Below are positions 1-7,621 of a stretch of DNA of 47,943 bases, piece after piece. Positions within the stretch are counted from its first letter, which is position 1. Every line of letters starts with the position of its first letter. This DNA is from an archaeon (GTDB lineage Archaea > SpSt-1190). The position numbers and the translations under genes are program-made. The stretch lies in NCBI GenBank assembly GCA_011049195.1, contig DSCG01000004.1, forward strand, positions 1-47,943, written 5' to 3'. The notes under the pieces are model-generated. The model made no database searches and was not told the origin of the DNA. It saw only the letters and a program-made list of their open reading frames with translations.

Positions 1-201
1 ATCCATTATTTTTTTGACATTATCAAACTTGTTTTTTCGTTCCTCGTCTTGTTCAATCAGTTTCCGTTGACGTATGAATTCAAGAGTTTTCCCAACCGGT
101 TTCAACTCAAACCTCAAGGTTTTTGACAAATTATACAAATTTGTAAATCCGTCCCATACCGACCGTGGTGGTGTTATTTGGCTTTCTTGCATTTTTATCA
201 T
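1..201 (-). CDS. cas12a: Cas12a (Cpf1) type V-A CRISPR effector, first 67 codons only; the gene runs off the left edge
   Basis: Edge-truncated and absent from the supplied ORF track. Reverse-strand translation from the ATG at 201-199 is open to position 1: MIKMQESQITPPRSVWDGFTNLYNLSKTLRFELKPVGKTLEFIRQRKLIEQDEERKNKFDNVKKIMD. The block FTNLY-x-LSKTLRFEL-x-P-x-GKTL is the hallmark Cas12a N-terminus (compare AsCas12a FTNLYQVSKTLRFELIPQGKTL). A second ATG at 192-190 has GGAG 9 nt upstream and may be the true start. Confidence 0.85.
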   Translation of the reverse strand, partial: MIKMQESQITPPRSVWDGFTNLYNLSKTLRFELKPVGKTLEFIRQRKLIEQDEERKNKFDNVKKIMD

Positions 202-387
202 CTCCGAAGACCTTGCTCGTAAGCTTTCAAACCCAAAAACATCTGATTTTCTCTTTTAACTACAACAAAATTCCGCTTGCCTATAAGCGTCATGACTGTA
301 AAGTAAGAGGATATTTATAAGTCTCTCGACAACTATGCCAATAAGGTATCCTAACCTTTTCATACTCCCGGGAAACCCAGCTAAACG

Positions 388-430
388 CCCCAAAATCAAA
401 CCCCACACCACCCGGCCCCCACAAAACCCC
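388..430 (-). other. Run of C-tracts on the plus strand (G-tracts on the cas12a strand); G-quadruplex-prone spacer
   Basis: C3-5 tracts at 388-391, 401-404, 411-413, 416-420 and 427-430, with almost no G or T between them. More C-tracts follow to about 485. Confidence 0.4.
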
Positions 431-510
431 TTATCAACACCCAGAAAGCTAGATATCTTGAAATCCCCGAAAAACCCAAAACCCCTGACTTCATACCCGG
501 GGAAAAACAG

Positions 511-517
511 TTAAATA
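511..517 (+). promoter_or_regulatory. TATA-like box for the PRC-barrel gene (leaderless spacing)
   Basis: TTAAATA is centred about 24 nt upstream of the ATG at 538. Confidence 0.45.
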
Positions 518-537
518 GGCCCATATGTGAGGCAGCC

Positions 538-825
538 ATGGAAGAAAAGAGCATCACTCAGACTTACGGTAAGGCAGTTTACACTGACAACGGCGAGCTT
601 TTCGGCAGGGTGCAGGATGTGGTCATCGGCAAGTATTCCATCCACGGATGGGTGGTCTCCATCCCCCCCGAAAGCGCCCTCAAGAAAACCGTGCCCACCG
701 TGCGGGCGGTGATAGTGCCCCACAAGGCCATCAAGGCGGTTGGAGACATCATTATCACCAACTCCAAACTGGATGTGCCCGTCCCCCGGAGTAAGGACGA
801 CGAGATTGAGACCGAGGCCAAATAG
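538..825 (+). CDS. PRC-barrel domain protein
   Basis: 95-aa ORF. GKAVYTDNGELFGRVQDVVIGKYSIHGWVV fits the small PRC-barrel pattern (G..V....G..lG.v.D). Confidence 0.55.
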   Translation: MEEKSITQTYGKAVYTDNGELFGRVQDVVIGKYSIHGWVVSIPPESALKKTVPTVRAVIVPHKAIKAVGDIIITNSKLDVPVPRSKDDEIETEAK

Positions 826-869
826 CCCCGGGCCAAGTAAGGTTTTAAATCCGGCCGGCGGGTAGAGGC

Positions 870-3467
870 ATGGAAAAGGCTGAGCTCCGGAGAATGTTTT
901 CGGCCCAGCCTGATCAGTTTTACAATGTCCAGGTCCTGCGGAACATGGGCTTTGAACGGCGCCAGTGCCCCAAGTGCAAGGGCTGGTTCTGGTCCATGGG
1001 CAAGGAGACCTGCGGCGACACCAACTGCGAAGGGGCATACAGGTTCATCGGGGGCCGTGACTTGGGATGGGATTTCCTCCAGGCCGTTGAGAAATGGGAG
1101 AAATTTTTTGAAAAGCACAAACACAAGGTCGTGGAGCCCTACCCCATCGTGGCCAAATGGCGGCCTGACCTGTTCTTCGTGATTGCCAGCATTGCTGATT
1201 TTCAACCATGGGTTTTGAAAGGGATAGCTGAGCCCCCGGCCAACCCTCTGGTGGTGAGCCAGCCCTGTCTCAGATTCAATGATTTGGATAATGTGGGGAG
1301 AACCGGCAGGCACCTCACCCAGTTCTTCATGGGCGGCCAGCACGCCTTCAATCTCCGCGATTACTGGATGAATGAAACCCTCGGCTTCGGGGCCAGGTTC
1401 CTGATGGAGGAGCTGAAAATCCCCCAGGAGGAGCTGACCTACAAGGAGGACGTGTGGGCGGGTGGCGGCAACTTCGGGCCGTGTATTGAGGCCTTCGCCC
1501 ACGGCCTGGAAATAGTGAACCACGTTTTCATGCAGTTTGAGGACACCCCCGACGGCAACTACAAGCCCATGGACATGCGGGTGGTGGACACGGGCTGGGG
1601 CCTGGAAAGGGTGGCCTGGTATGCCTCGGCCAAGCCAAACACCTACGAGGCCATCTTCCCGAACGTGGCCAAACTTAGGCGGGACCTGAAGCTGGAAGTG
1701 GATTGGGAGGGACAGGCCAAATTCTGGAGGGAAATCGGGCTTTATGATGTTTCGGAAGGTGCTCACATGCCGGAATGGGTGAGGAAAGAGTTGGACCGGA
1801 TGCAACCCCTCATGGGTCTCTACACCATCCTGGACCACACCCGGGCCCTGGCTTTCGCCCTGGCTGACGGGGCCATCCCGAGTAATGTCGGGGGCGGGTA
1901 TAACCTGAGAAATTTACTGAGGCGTTCATTCACTATCAACCGCAAACACAAATTCGGCCTGAGCGTGGCGGATTTGATTAAGGAACATGCCAAATACATG
2001 GGCAAGAGATTCAAGAACCTCCGCGAGCTGCCTGATGTTGATGACATCGTGAAACTGGAAGAACAAAGATATGATGAGACCAGAACCAACGGCAGAAAGC
2101 TGGTGCTGAATCTGCTGGAAACCGGCAAACTCAAAAGCAAACTGGTTGAACTCTATGAGAGTCACGGCATGGACCCGGAGACAGTGGCCCAGCTGGCTAC
2201 CGAGAAGGGCCAGAAAGTGGAAGTGCCGGAGGACTTTTACATCAAACTCAAGGAGAAAGGTAAGGGAGGAGACAAGGAGACGGTGGAGGTGGACAGACAC
2301 CTGCCCGAAACCGAGCCCTTGTTCCATAAAATCCCTGTTTCCGAGGAGTTTGAGGCGTTAGTGACCTGGAGCCAGGGCAAGGAGCTGGTGCTGGACCAGA
2401 GCAACTTTTACCCGACCTCAGGTGGTCAGGACCATGATACCGGTATGCTGACCTGGGGCAAGGAGGGCAAGGCCAAGGTTGTGAAAGTCAGTAAAGAGGG
2501 CAAGGCCATCCTTCACAGATTGGACAAAGAGGCCCCAGCCGTAGGCACCAGAGTCAAAGGCAGGGTGGACGTGGTCAGGAGAATGGACCTGGCTCGGCAC
2601 CACACAGCAGTTCATGTTGTGAACGGAGCCGCCGTAAAGGTGTTGGGCAGTCACATCTGGCAGGCCGGAGCCAACAAGACCACGGAAAGGGCCCGGCTGG
2701 ATATCACTCATTACAAAGCAGTCACCCCCGCGGAGATGAGGGAGATTGAAAAGGTGGCCAACCAGGTGGTGCTGGAAAACCACAAGGTCCGCAAGATGGA
2801 GATGAACCGGACGGCGGCTGAGCAGAAGTTCGGCTTTCGGATTTATCAGGGCGGGGCTGTGCCCGGCGCCAAACTGAATATCATTCACATCCCCGGCCAT
2901 GATGCCGAGGCCTGTGGCGGGACCCACGTGGATTATACGGGGGAGATTGGGCTCATAAAATTAGCGGGGGCCAGCCGTATCCAGGACGGAGTGGTCCGGC
3001 TGGAGCTCATCGCCGGCATGAGGAGTCTTGAGAAAATGTGGAAACTCGAGGACACTCTGAATGATGCCGCTGTGGAAGCCAAGACAGAGCCCCAGGACCT
3101 GGCCAAGGCTGTCAGAAAACTGACCATCCGGGTCAAGAGCCTCACTAAAGGCGGGGGGGCGGGGACGGAAGGGATAAAGTTACAGGGCAAGGTCGGCGAC
3201 GTCCAGTGGGGCGTGGTGGATATGCCCTTCAAACTCATGGAAAACTCCGCCCAGCGGATACTCAAGGACACCGGCAACAAGGCCGTGGTGCTGGTCAACC
3301 GGGAGGGAGGGGTGGTAGCCGTCTCCACAGGGGAAATCAGTGCCCTGAAATTAGCACAGCAGATTTGTGCCAAGCTGGGCGGGGACGCCGGGGGAAATGA
3401 GAAGCTGGCCAGAGGCGGGGGCAGGGAGCCCGATAAGGCCGAGCAGGTGCTGGGGAAGTTGTTTTAA
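870..3467 (+). CDS. alaS: Alanine--tRNA ligase, archaeal type
   Basis: 865 aa. Archaeal AlaRS N-terminus (RRQCPKCKGWFWS...CGDTNCEG). Editing-site motifs HHTAVH (HxxxH) and EACGGTH (CxxxH). Length is typical. Confidence 0.95.
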   Translation: MEKAELRRMFSAQPDQFYNVQVLRNMGFERRQCPKCKGWFWSMGKETCGDTNCEGAYRFIGGRDLGWDFLQAVEKWEKFFEKHKHKVVEPYPIVAKWRPDLFFVIASIADFQPWVLKGIAEPPANPLVVSQPCLRFNDLDNVGRTGRHLTQFFMGGQHAFNLRDYWMNETLGFGARFLMEELKIPQEELTYKEDVWAGGGNFGPCIEAFAHGLEIVNHVFMQFEDTPDGNYKPMDMRVVDTGWGLERVAWYASAKPNTYEAIFPNVAKLRRDLKLEVDWEGQAKFWREIGLYDVSEGAHMPEWVRKELDRMQPLMGLYTILDHTRALAFALADGAIPSNVGGGYNLRNLLRRSFTINRKHKFGLSVADLIKEHAKYMGKRFKNLRELPDVDDIVKLEEQRYDETRTNGRKLVLNLLETGKLKSKLVELYESHGMDPETVAQLATEKGQKVEVPEDFYIKLKEKGKGGDKETVEVDRHLPETEPLFHKIPVSEEFEALVTWSQGKELVLDQSNFYPTSGGQDHDTGMLTWGKEGKAKVVKVSKEGKAILHRLDKEAPAVGTRVKGRVDVVRRMDLARHHTAVHVVNGAAVKVLGSHIWQAGANKTTERARLDITHYKAVTPAEMREIEKVANQVVLENHKVRKMEMNRTAAEQKFGFRIYQGGAVPGAKLNIIHIPGHDAEACGGTHVDYTGEIGLIKLAGASRIQDGVVRLELIAGMRSLEKMWKLEDTLNDAAVEAKTEPQDLAKAVRKLTIRVKSLTKGGGAGTEGIKLQGKVGDVQWGVVDMPFKLMENSAQRILKDTGNKAVVLVNREGGVVAVSTGEISALKLAQQICAKLGGDAGGNEKLARGGGREPDKAEQVLGKLF

Positions 3468-3471
3468 AGTT

Positions 3472-3480
3472 TTTTAAATT
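3472..3480 (+). promoter_or_regulatory. TATA-like box for ORF 3499 (leaderless spacing)
   Basis: TTTTAAATT is centred about 23 nt upstream of the ATG at 3499. It lies in the T-rich stretch just after the alaS stop, which could also act as the alaS terminator. Confidence 0.4.
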
Positions 3481-3498
3481 CCCGAATGATAAGACTTA

Positions 3499-3891
3499 AT
3501 GTCTTTTAAAAAATTGAAATCTATCGGGGAAGAACTCGCCCAACTAAAGAGAGTTGTAAATGGAAAAACCCTTCCTTCAAGGGAGAGTATTGAATGTCGC
3601 TTAGAGATGATTAATAAATATATGAAAGACTATTTTGAAGAAACGGGAGAAACCATAGTTGACTACACTCAAATTAAAAATTACGACCCTTTGGTAGATA
3701 TACCTGAAGGCCTGTCCGGTCTAAAACATGCCTTGTTTAATTGCTGGAAAGTTTATCGAGATTTTGAAAAAACTTGGGAAGAAAATTACATAAAATGGGT
3801 ACGTAATCAAAATTGGGAAAGCTCACCTGAACGCGCCGGGCTGATTAAACACATTGAAGTTTTTGAGAGCACTTATCAAAAAGTTACTTGA
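3499..3891 (+). CDS. Hypothetical protein (A/T-rich ORFan)
   Basis: 130-aa ORF with ATG start and no motif I recognise. Visibly A/T-richer than both flanking genes. Its last 8 nt overlap the convergent DHH gene. Confidence 0.5.
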   Translation: MSFKKLKSIGEELAQLKRVVNGKTLPSRESIECRLEMINKYMKDYFEETGETIVDYTQIKNYDPLVDIPEGLSGLKHALFNCWKVYRDFEKTWEENYIKWVRNQNWESSPERAGLIKHIEVFESTYQKVT

Positions 3892-4816
3892 CAACCAGCT
3901 GATTGAGCCTTTTCTGGAACTCGTCCCACTTCCAGTGGTGGACCCAGCCGCCGGAGGCCTCGGGATGGCCACCCCCGCCGCCGATGCCCTCGGTCAGCTC
4001 CTTGGCCAGCCTGTCCAGGCCGGTGGCACCCCTGAGACTGAAGCGGACTTTGTCCCTTTCATTCTGGGCAATCACGATGAGCTTGTTGGGGTAGCGGTCC
4101 TTGGCCATGCCAGCCACCAGGCTTTTAACATTGAACTGTGAATGGAACCGCAGGAGGATGTAGTGTTCATTCACAATTTCGTCACCAAAAATTTTCTCAA
4201 CCTCTGTTTTCACTCTTTCACGGAAATCCATCAGCTTGCCTGCCTTACCTTCACCTTTCAGAAAGGCCTGGGGACTTTCAGTCTCTTTGAGAGCCTGAAG
4301 GGCATAAATGGCCCCTCTTTGTTTATTCACTGAAACCGCGGCATCCACCATAAGAGCCATCTGGTGCAGGGGGCTGTTGATGAGCTCCTGCTGGTCAATG
4401 GCGGGCACGATGTCGGGCCAGGTGTCCATCACATAACTCCAGAAGGAGTGGGGCACCTTCTCAACACACCAGTCGGCCATTACTCCAATTGCGGCCACCC
4501 AGGCTTTGTCAGGTGTGCCGAAAAGAAGGTAGGATGAAAAACAGACGGGCCATTCAAACCCCACCCTGCGGGGGTTGGCGTGAAAGAGGGGGAAAACCGG
4601 AGTAGCATGGTGGTCAAGGGACAGGTTGAAGGGGCTGTTGGTGGCAACTTCGGAAATATCCAGGCTGATGTTGTGGGTGCCCTTCAGCTCCACAGTGGCC
4701 CCAAGACTGGGATAAAGGTCGTAAGACAGGTTGAGGCGGTCCAGCTCCCGGGACACAAAGTAAGCAGACGTTATGCCGTCACAATCCGCGTGAAAATGTA
4801 ATTTGAACCGTGTCAT
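3884..4816 (-). CDS. DHH/DHHA1 family phosphoesterase (RecJ/NrnA-like)
   Basis: Motifs HFHADCDGITSA, SLDHH and GGGGGHPEASGG (DHHA1). I start it at MTRFKL (ATG 4816-4814) rather than at 5026. The longer form has a low-complexity extension overlapping the divergent gene. Confidence 0.8.
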   Translation of the reverse strand: MTRFKLHFHADCDGITSAYFVSRELDRLNLSYDLYPSLGATVELKGTHNISLDISEVATNSPFNLSLDHHATPVFPLFHANPRRVGFEWPVCFSSYLLFGTPDKAWVAAIGVMADWCVEKVPHSFWSYVMDTWPDIVPAIDQQELINSPLHQMALMVDAAVSVNKQRGAIYALQALKETESPQAFLKGEGKAGKLMDFRERVKTEVEKIFGDEIVNEHYILLRFHSQFNVKSLVAGMAKDRYPNKLIVIAQNERDKVRFSLRGATGLDRLAKELTEGIGGGGGHPEASGGWVHHWKWDEFQKRLNQLVVK

Positions 4817-4868
4817 GGCCAAAAACCTAACTGCAAAAGTATATAAGTTTTTGAGATGGAGAGAAAAG

Positions 4869-5366
4869 ATGGTTATTGACGAAAATCCGCCCGTTGCTTC
4901 CCTAAAGAGGTTAAAAAAGGAGATTGACAACCTGAAGAAAGCTTCCATGCCTGTGGACGCCAAACTGGTGCTCCGGCTACTGGAACACGTTGAATCGCGG
5001 GAGAGACTCCTGAAAGAGTTGCTCATTCACATGAATGCCACGGAGAACCACATTGTGCGGGTGACCGAGGTGCTACAGAAACTGCCCCAGGTTAATATGG
5101 GTCTGCTGGCCGAGAGCCTGCAGGCCATGGTGCCCAAAATGGATGAAATCGCATACAACACACGCAAGATGGTGGATTATCTGGAAATGGCCGCCGACGA
5201 AGCCGGAGGGACGGAAGGCGAGTCCAAAGATGAACCCACGACCCCGGAGGATGCCAAACTCCGGACATCATCCGAAAAACTCAAAAACATAGAAGAACAG
5301 AACAAAGCTCTGATAGGGGCGCTGGACAGTCTTTCCAAACAGCTTGACAAAACGGGGAGTAAATGA
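4869..5366 (+). CDS. Coiled-coil hypothetical protein, first gene of the pilin-like operon
   Basis: ORF 4803..5366. MVIDENPP at 4869 avoids overlap with the DHH start. Heptad-like, charged sequence. Its stop overlaps the next ATG (ATGA at 5363-5366). Confidence 0.55.
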   Translation: MVIDENPPVASLKRLKKEIDNLKKASMPVDAKLVLRLLEHVESRERLLKELLIHMNATENHIVRVTEVLQKLPQVNMGLLAESLQAMVPKMDEIAYNTRKMVDYLEMAADEAGGTEGESKDEPTTPEDAKLRTSSEKLKNIEEQNKALIGALDSLSKQLDKTGSK

Positions 5367-5833
5367 AGGGAGCCACACCAATTATTGCGGTGATTTTGCT
5401 TCTACTGATAACCATCGCGGCAGGGGGGGCCACCTACCTCTGGTTGAGTCGCATACAGGACACCCTTTTCACCCAGACCGGTGAAGGACTCACTGCAAGT
5501 TCAAAACAGATTTACGGCAAGATAGACATAATCTCAGCCTGGAACGAAACCACTCAGATATGTCTGCTACTGAGAAACCTGTCGGAACAGCAGATAACCT
5601 ACACCGAAAAGGACCTGGAAAGTCTGGCAACCCTGATAAACAACAGGCCTTATGATTTTGACGACTCCTCTCTGGCAGATGTGGGACAGGGAGAGACGTT
5701 TGTGATTTGTATATGCAACGCCTCCAACTGCGGTTCATCCTATTACGCCTATAGTGGCTCAGCGGGAACGGTAACTGTTAAAGTGGAGCCTCCGTTTGGT
5801 GATGGTGATACATATGACTTCTCTTATCCCTAA
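5363..5833 (+). CDS. Archaeal type IV pilin-like protein (class III signal peptide)
   Basis: The N-terminus MKGATPIIAVILLLLITIAAGG matches the archaeal pilin/archaellin N-terminal pattern: a basic residue, Gly, then about 20 hydrophobic residues. Confidence 0.65.
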   Translation: MKGATPIIAVILLLLITIAAGGATYLWLSRIQDTLFTQTGEGLTASSKQIYGKIDIISAWNETTQICLLLRNLSEQQITYTEKDLESLATLINNRPYDFDDSSLADVGQGETFVICICNASNCGSSYYAYSGSAGTVTVKVEPPFGDGDTYDFSYP

Positions 5834-6536
5834 ACACACCCGCAGAGGGGCTGCAGAGTTGGTGGGTAGCATCCTCATGGTGCTGGTCATTGTGGCCCTC
5901 ATAGCTGAGGCCTTTCTGATAGGTATGCCCATCCTGAACAAAAGGATGGACCAGGCATCAGTATCATACATAGAAAGGGCTCTGGGGGAGCTGTCAGACG
6001 CCATTGAGATAACCGCCCGCCAGGGCGGGGAAACCCAGGTCAATCTTGAAACCAAAAGCCGTTTCACTTCACCACCTTCCATTAAACTGGAGCAGGACGC
6101 AGGAGGGGAATACAAAATAGTGCTCAGAGGTCAGAGCCACGCTCTGCATTATGCTTCGGTGGGCATCCCCCTTAATGATTTTATAGGACCTTACAACACC
6201 ACCGGTCTGTATGTGCAGTCAACCTCAGTTGAAAAGGTGGTGGGCACCCTCGGAGTGAATAAGGGCGTAGTGGTGACTGCCAGCTCAACCAAAATCAGCG
6301 GGGGTATCCGCCTGATAATGGAGGTAGTTCCACGACCCATCCGAGACCCGTCGCAGAATGTGATTACACGTATAAGGTTCCAACCCATATCCGGCAAGAG
6401 CACCAGTGCAACCCTGCCCACCCGGATTATTGTAAAAGCGGTGGGTCAGACCACTGATATTGTGAATGAAGGCACCTCAAGTAGTCCTGTGATGGTAACC
6501 TACCGGACCATAACAGTTGGGGTGGGTTTTGAATGA
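5814..6536 (+). CDS. Archaeal type IV pilin-like protein
   Basis: MTSLIPKHTRRGAAELVGSILMVLVIVALIAEAF is a class III signal-like N-terminus. The start among the Met codons at 5796-5814 is uncertain. Confidence 0.55.
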   Translation: MTSLIPKHTRRGAAELVGSILMVLVIVALIAEAFLIGMPILNKRMDQASVSYIERALGELSDAIEITARQGGETQVNLETKSRFTSPPSIKLEQDAGGEYKIVLRGQSHALHYASVGIPLNDFIGPYNTTGLYVQSTSVEKVVGTLGVNKGVVVTASSTKISGGIRLIMEVVPRPIRDPSQNVITRIRFQPISGKSTSATLPTRIIVKAVGQTTDIVNEGTSSSPVMVTYRTITVGVGFE

Positions 6537-6940
6537 AAGGGGTCAGTCCGGTTCTGGAAAGTGTGCTTTTGGCGGGGGCTGTCATCACTTTCCTCATGTT
6601 TATTGCGGGGGCCTTCAACGACCTGGTGGACATAATCACAGATGACAAAATACGCAATTCCCTTGAAATTGATGCCAACAAAGTGGCTTACGCCATTATT
6701 TTTGCATACACCCACGGAACTCAGGAGGGCACCACCAACCTCAAACTGGGCCTGGCAGACCTTCCCGAGGAAATCTGGGTGGATGGAGGGGTGAGAGCCA
6801 AATCAGGCAACCGGCGGGTGCTGGTAAGTCTGCACGGCCTTGAAAATGAAATGAATGTAAGCGGGAGAATTGTGAATACGCGGGGCTTCACACCTTACGT
6901 CAAATATCAGGACGGAGTAATTTACCTCGGAGTTGAGTGA
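6533..6940 (+). CDS. Archaeal type IV pilin-like protein
   Basis: The N-terminus MKGVSPVLESVLLAGAVITFLMF fits the KGVSPV-type archaeal pilin motif. Its ATG overlaps the upstream stop. Confidence 0.65.
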   Translation: MKGVSPVLESVLLAGAVITFLMFIAGAFNDLVDIITDDKIRNSLEIDANKVAYAIIFAYTHGTQEGTTNLKLGLADLPEEIWVDGGVRAKSGNRRVLVSLHGLENEMNVSGRIVNTRGFTPYVKYQDGVIYLGVE

Positions 6941-7621
6941 ATGGAAATCGGCAGAGGAGCGGAGGCACTGGTGGAATTCCGGGAGGGAAAGGTTTTCAAG
7001 ACCCGTATAAAAAAAGGTTACCGGGAAACCGGGCTGGACGAAAAAATCAGGAAAGAGCGAACCCGCAAAGAAGCCCGGATAATGGAAAAAGCCGGCAGGG
7101 TCATAAAGGTTCCAAAAGTAATTGTAACGGAAGGCCCATTCACTTTAGTGATGGAGTATCTGAAGGGAACCAAAGTCAGGGACATGAACAGAATTGACGA
7201 CAGTCCGGGAGGGGTGGCGGAAAAAATCGGGGTGGCGGTGGGAAGGCTTCATGCCGGAGGCATCGCCCATCAGGACCTGACCACTTCCAACATGATAATC
7301 CGGGATGGCGAAGTTTATCTCATTGACTTCGGGCTGGCCGACAGAGGACGGCTTGAGGATTTTGCGGTTGACCTGCGGGTGCTCCGGGAAGCCCTGACGG
7401 CAACCCACGGGGAGGAGGCCTGGACAGGCGTAGCCCGGGGCTACCGGAAAGGCAATCCCGGATGGCAGGCTGTAATGGACCGGCTCGTGGGAGTTGATCG
7501 CAGGGGCCGTTACAAAATCAGACAGACTCCAGCACTCTCTGGCATGCCAAAACGGGCGAATGACGCTCCAGATAGTCCTGAACTGTCTTCAGTCGGGTGT
7601 CGTCTCCGGCATAAACAGTAA
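6941..7621 (+). CDS. bud32: Bud32 (Kae1-associated) protein kinase, KEOPS subunit
   Basis: GRGAEA glycine loop, HQDLTTSNMII catalytic loop, IDFGL, and an RGRY near the C-terminus. The ATG directly follows the stop of the third pilin gene. Confidence 0.85.
   Translation: MEIGRGAEALVEFREGKVFKTRIKKGYRETGLDEKIRKERTRKEARIMEKAGRVIKVPKVIVTEGPFTLVMEYLKGTKVRDMNRIDDSPGGVAEKIGVAVGRLHAGGIAHQDLTTSNMIIRDGEVYLIDFGLADRGRLEDFAVDLRVLREALTATHGEEAWTGVARGYRKGNPGWQAVMDRLVGVDRRGRYKIRQTPALSGMPKRANDAPDSPELSSVGCRLRHKQ

Noticed and set aside
258-272. Minus-strand AATTTTGTTGTAGTT upstream of cas12a resembles the 3' end of a Cas12a direct repeat (AATTTCTACTGTTGTAGAT)
   Set aside because: The 5' arm of the stem (TCTAC) is missing, only one copy exists, and no spacer-repeat periodicity follows. 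It is most likely chance in A/T-rich DNA, or at best a degenerate relic.
579-1838. A 419-aa minus-strand ORF, plus the smaller ORFs at 511..1038, 1820..2140, 1926..2327, 2418..2927 and 2933..3373
   Set aside because: They are antisense to, or out of frame with, the unambiguous alaS gene. Their sequences are low-complexity and Pro/Gly/His-rich, typical of shadow ORFs in GC-rich coding DNA.
3884-5026. The full 380-aa form of the DHH ORF, and the 4803 start of the coiled-coil ORF
   Set aside because: The two long forms overlap each other divergently by more than 200 nt. The DHH homology begins at MTRFKL (4816), and the upstream 70 residues are low-complexity.
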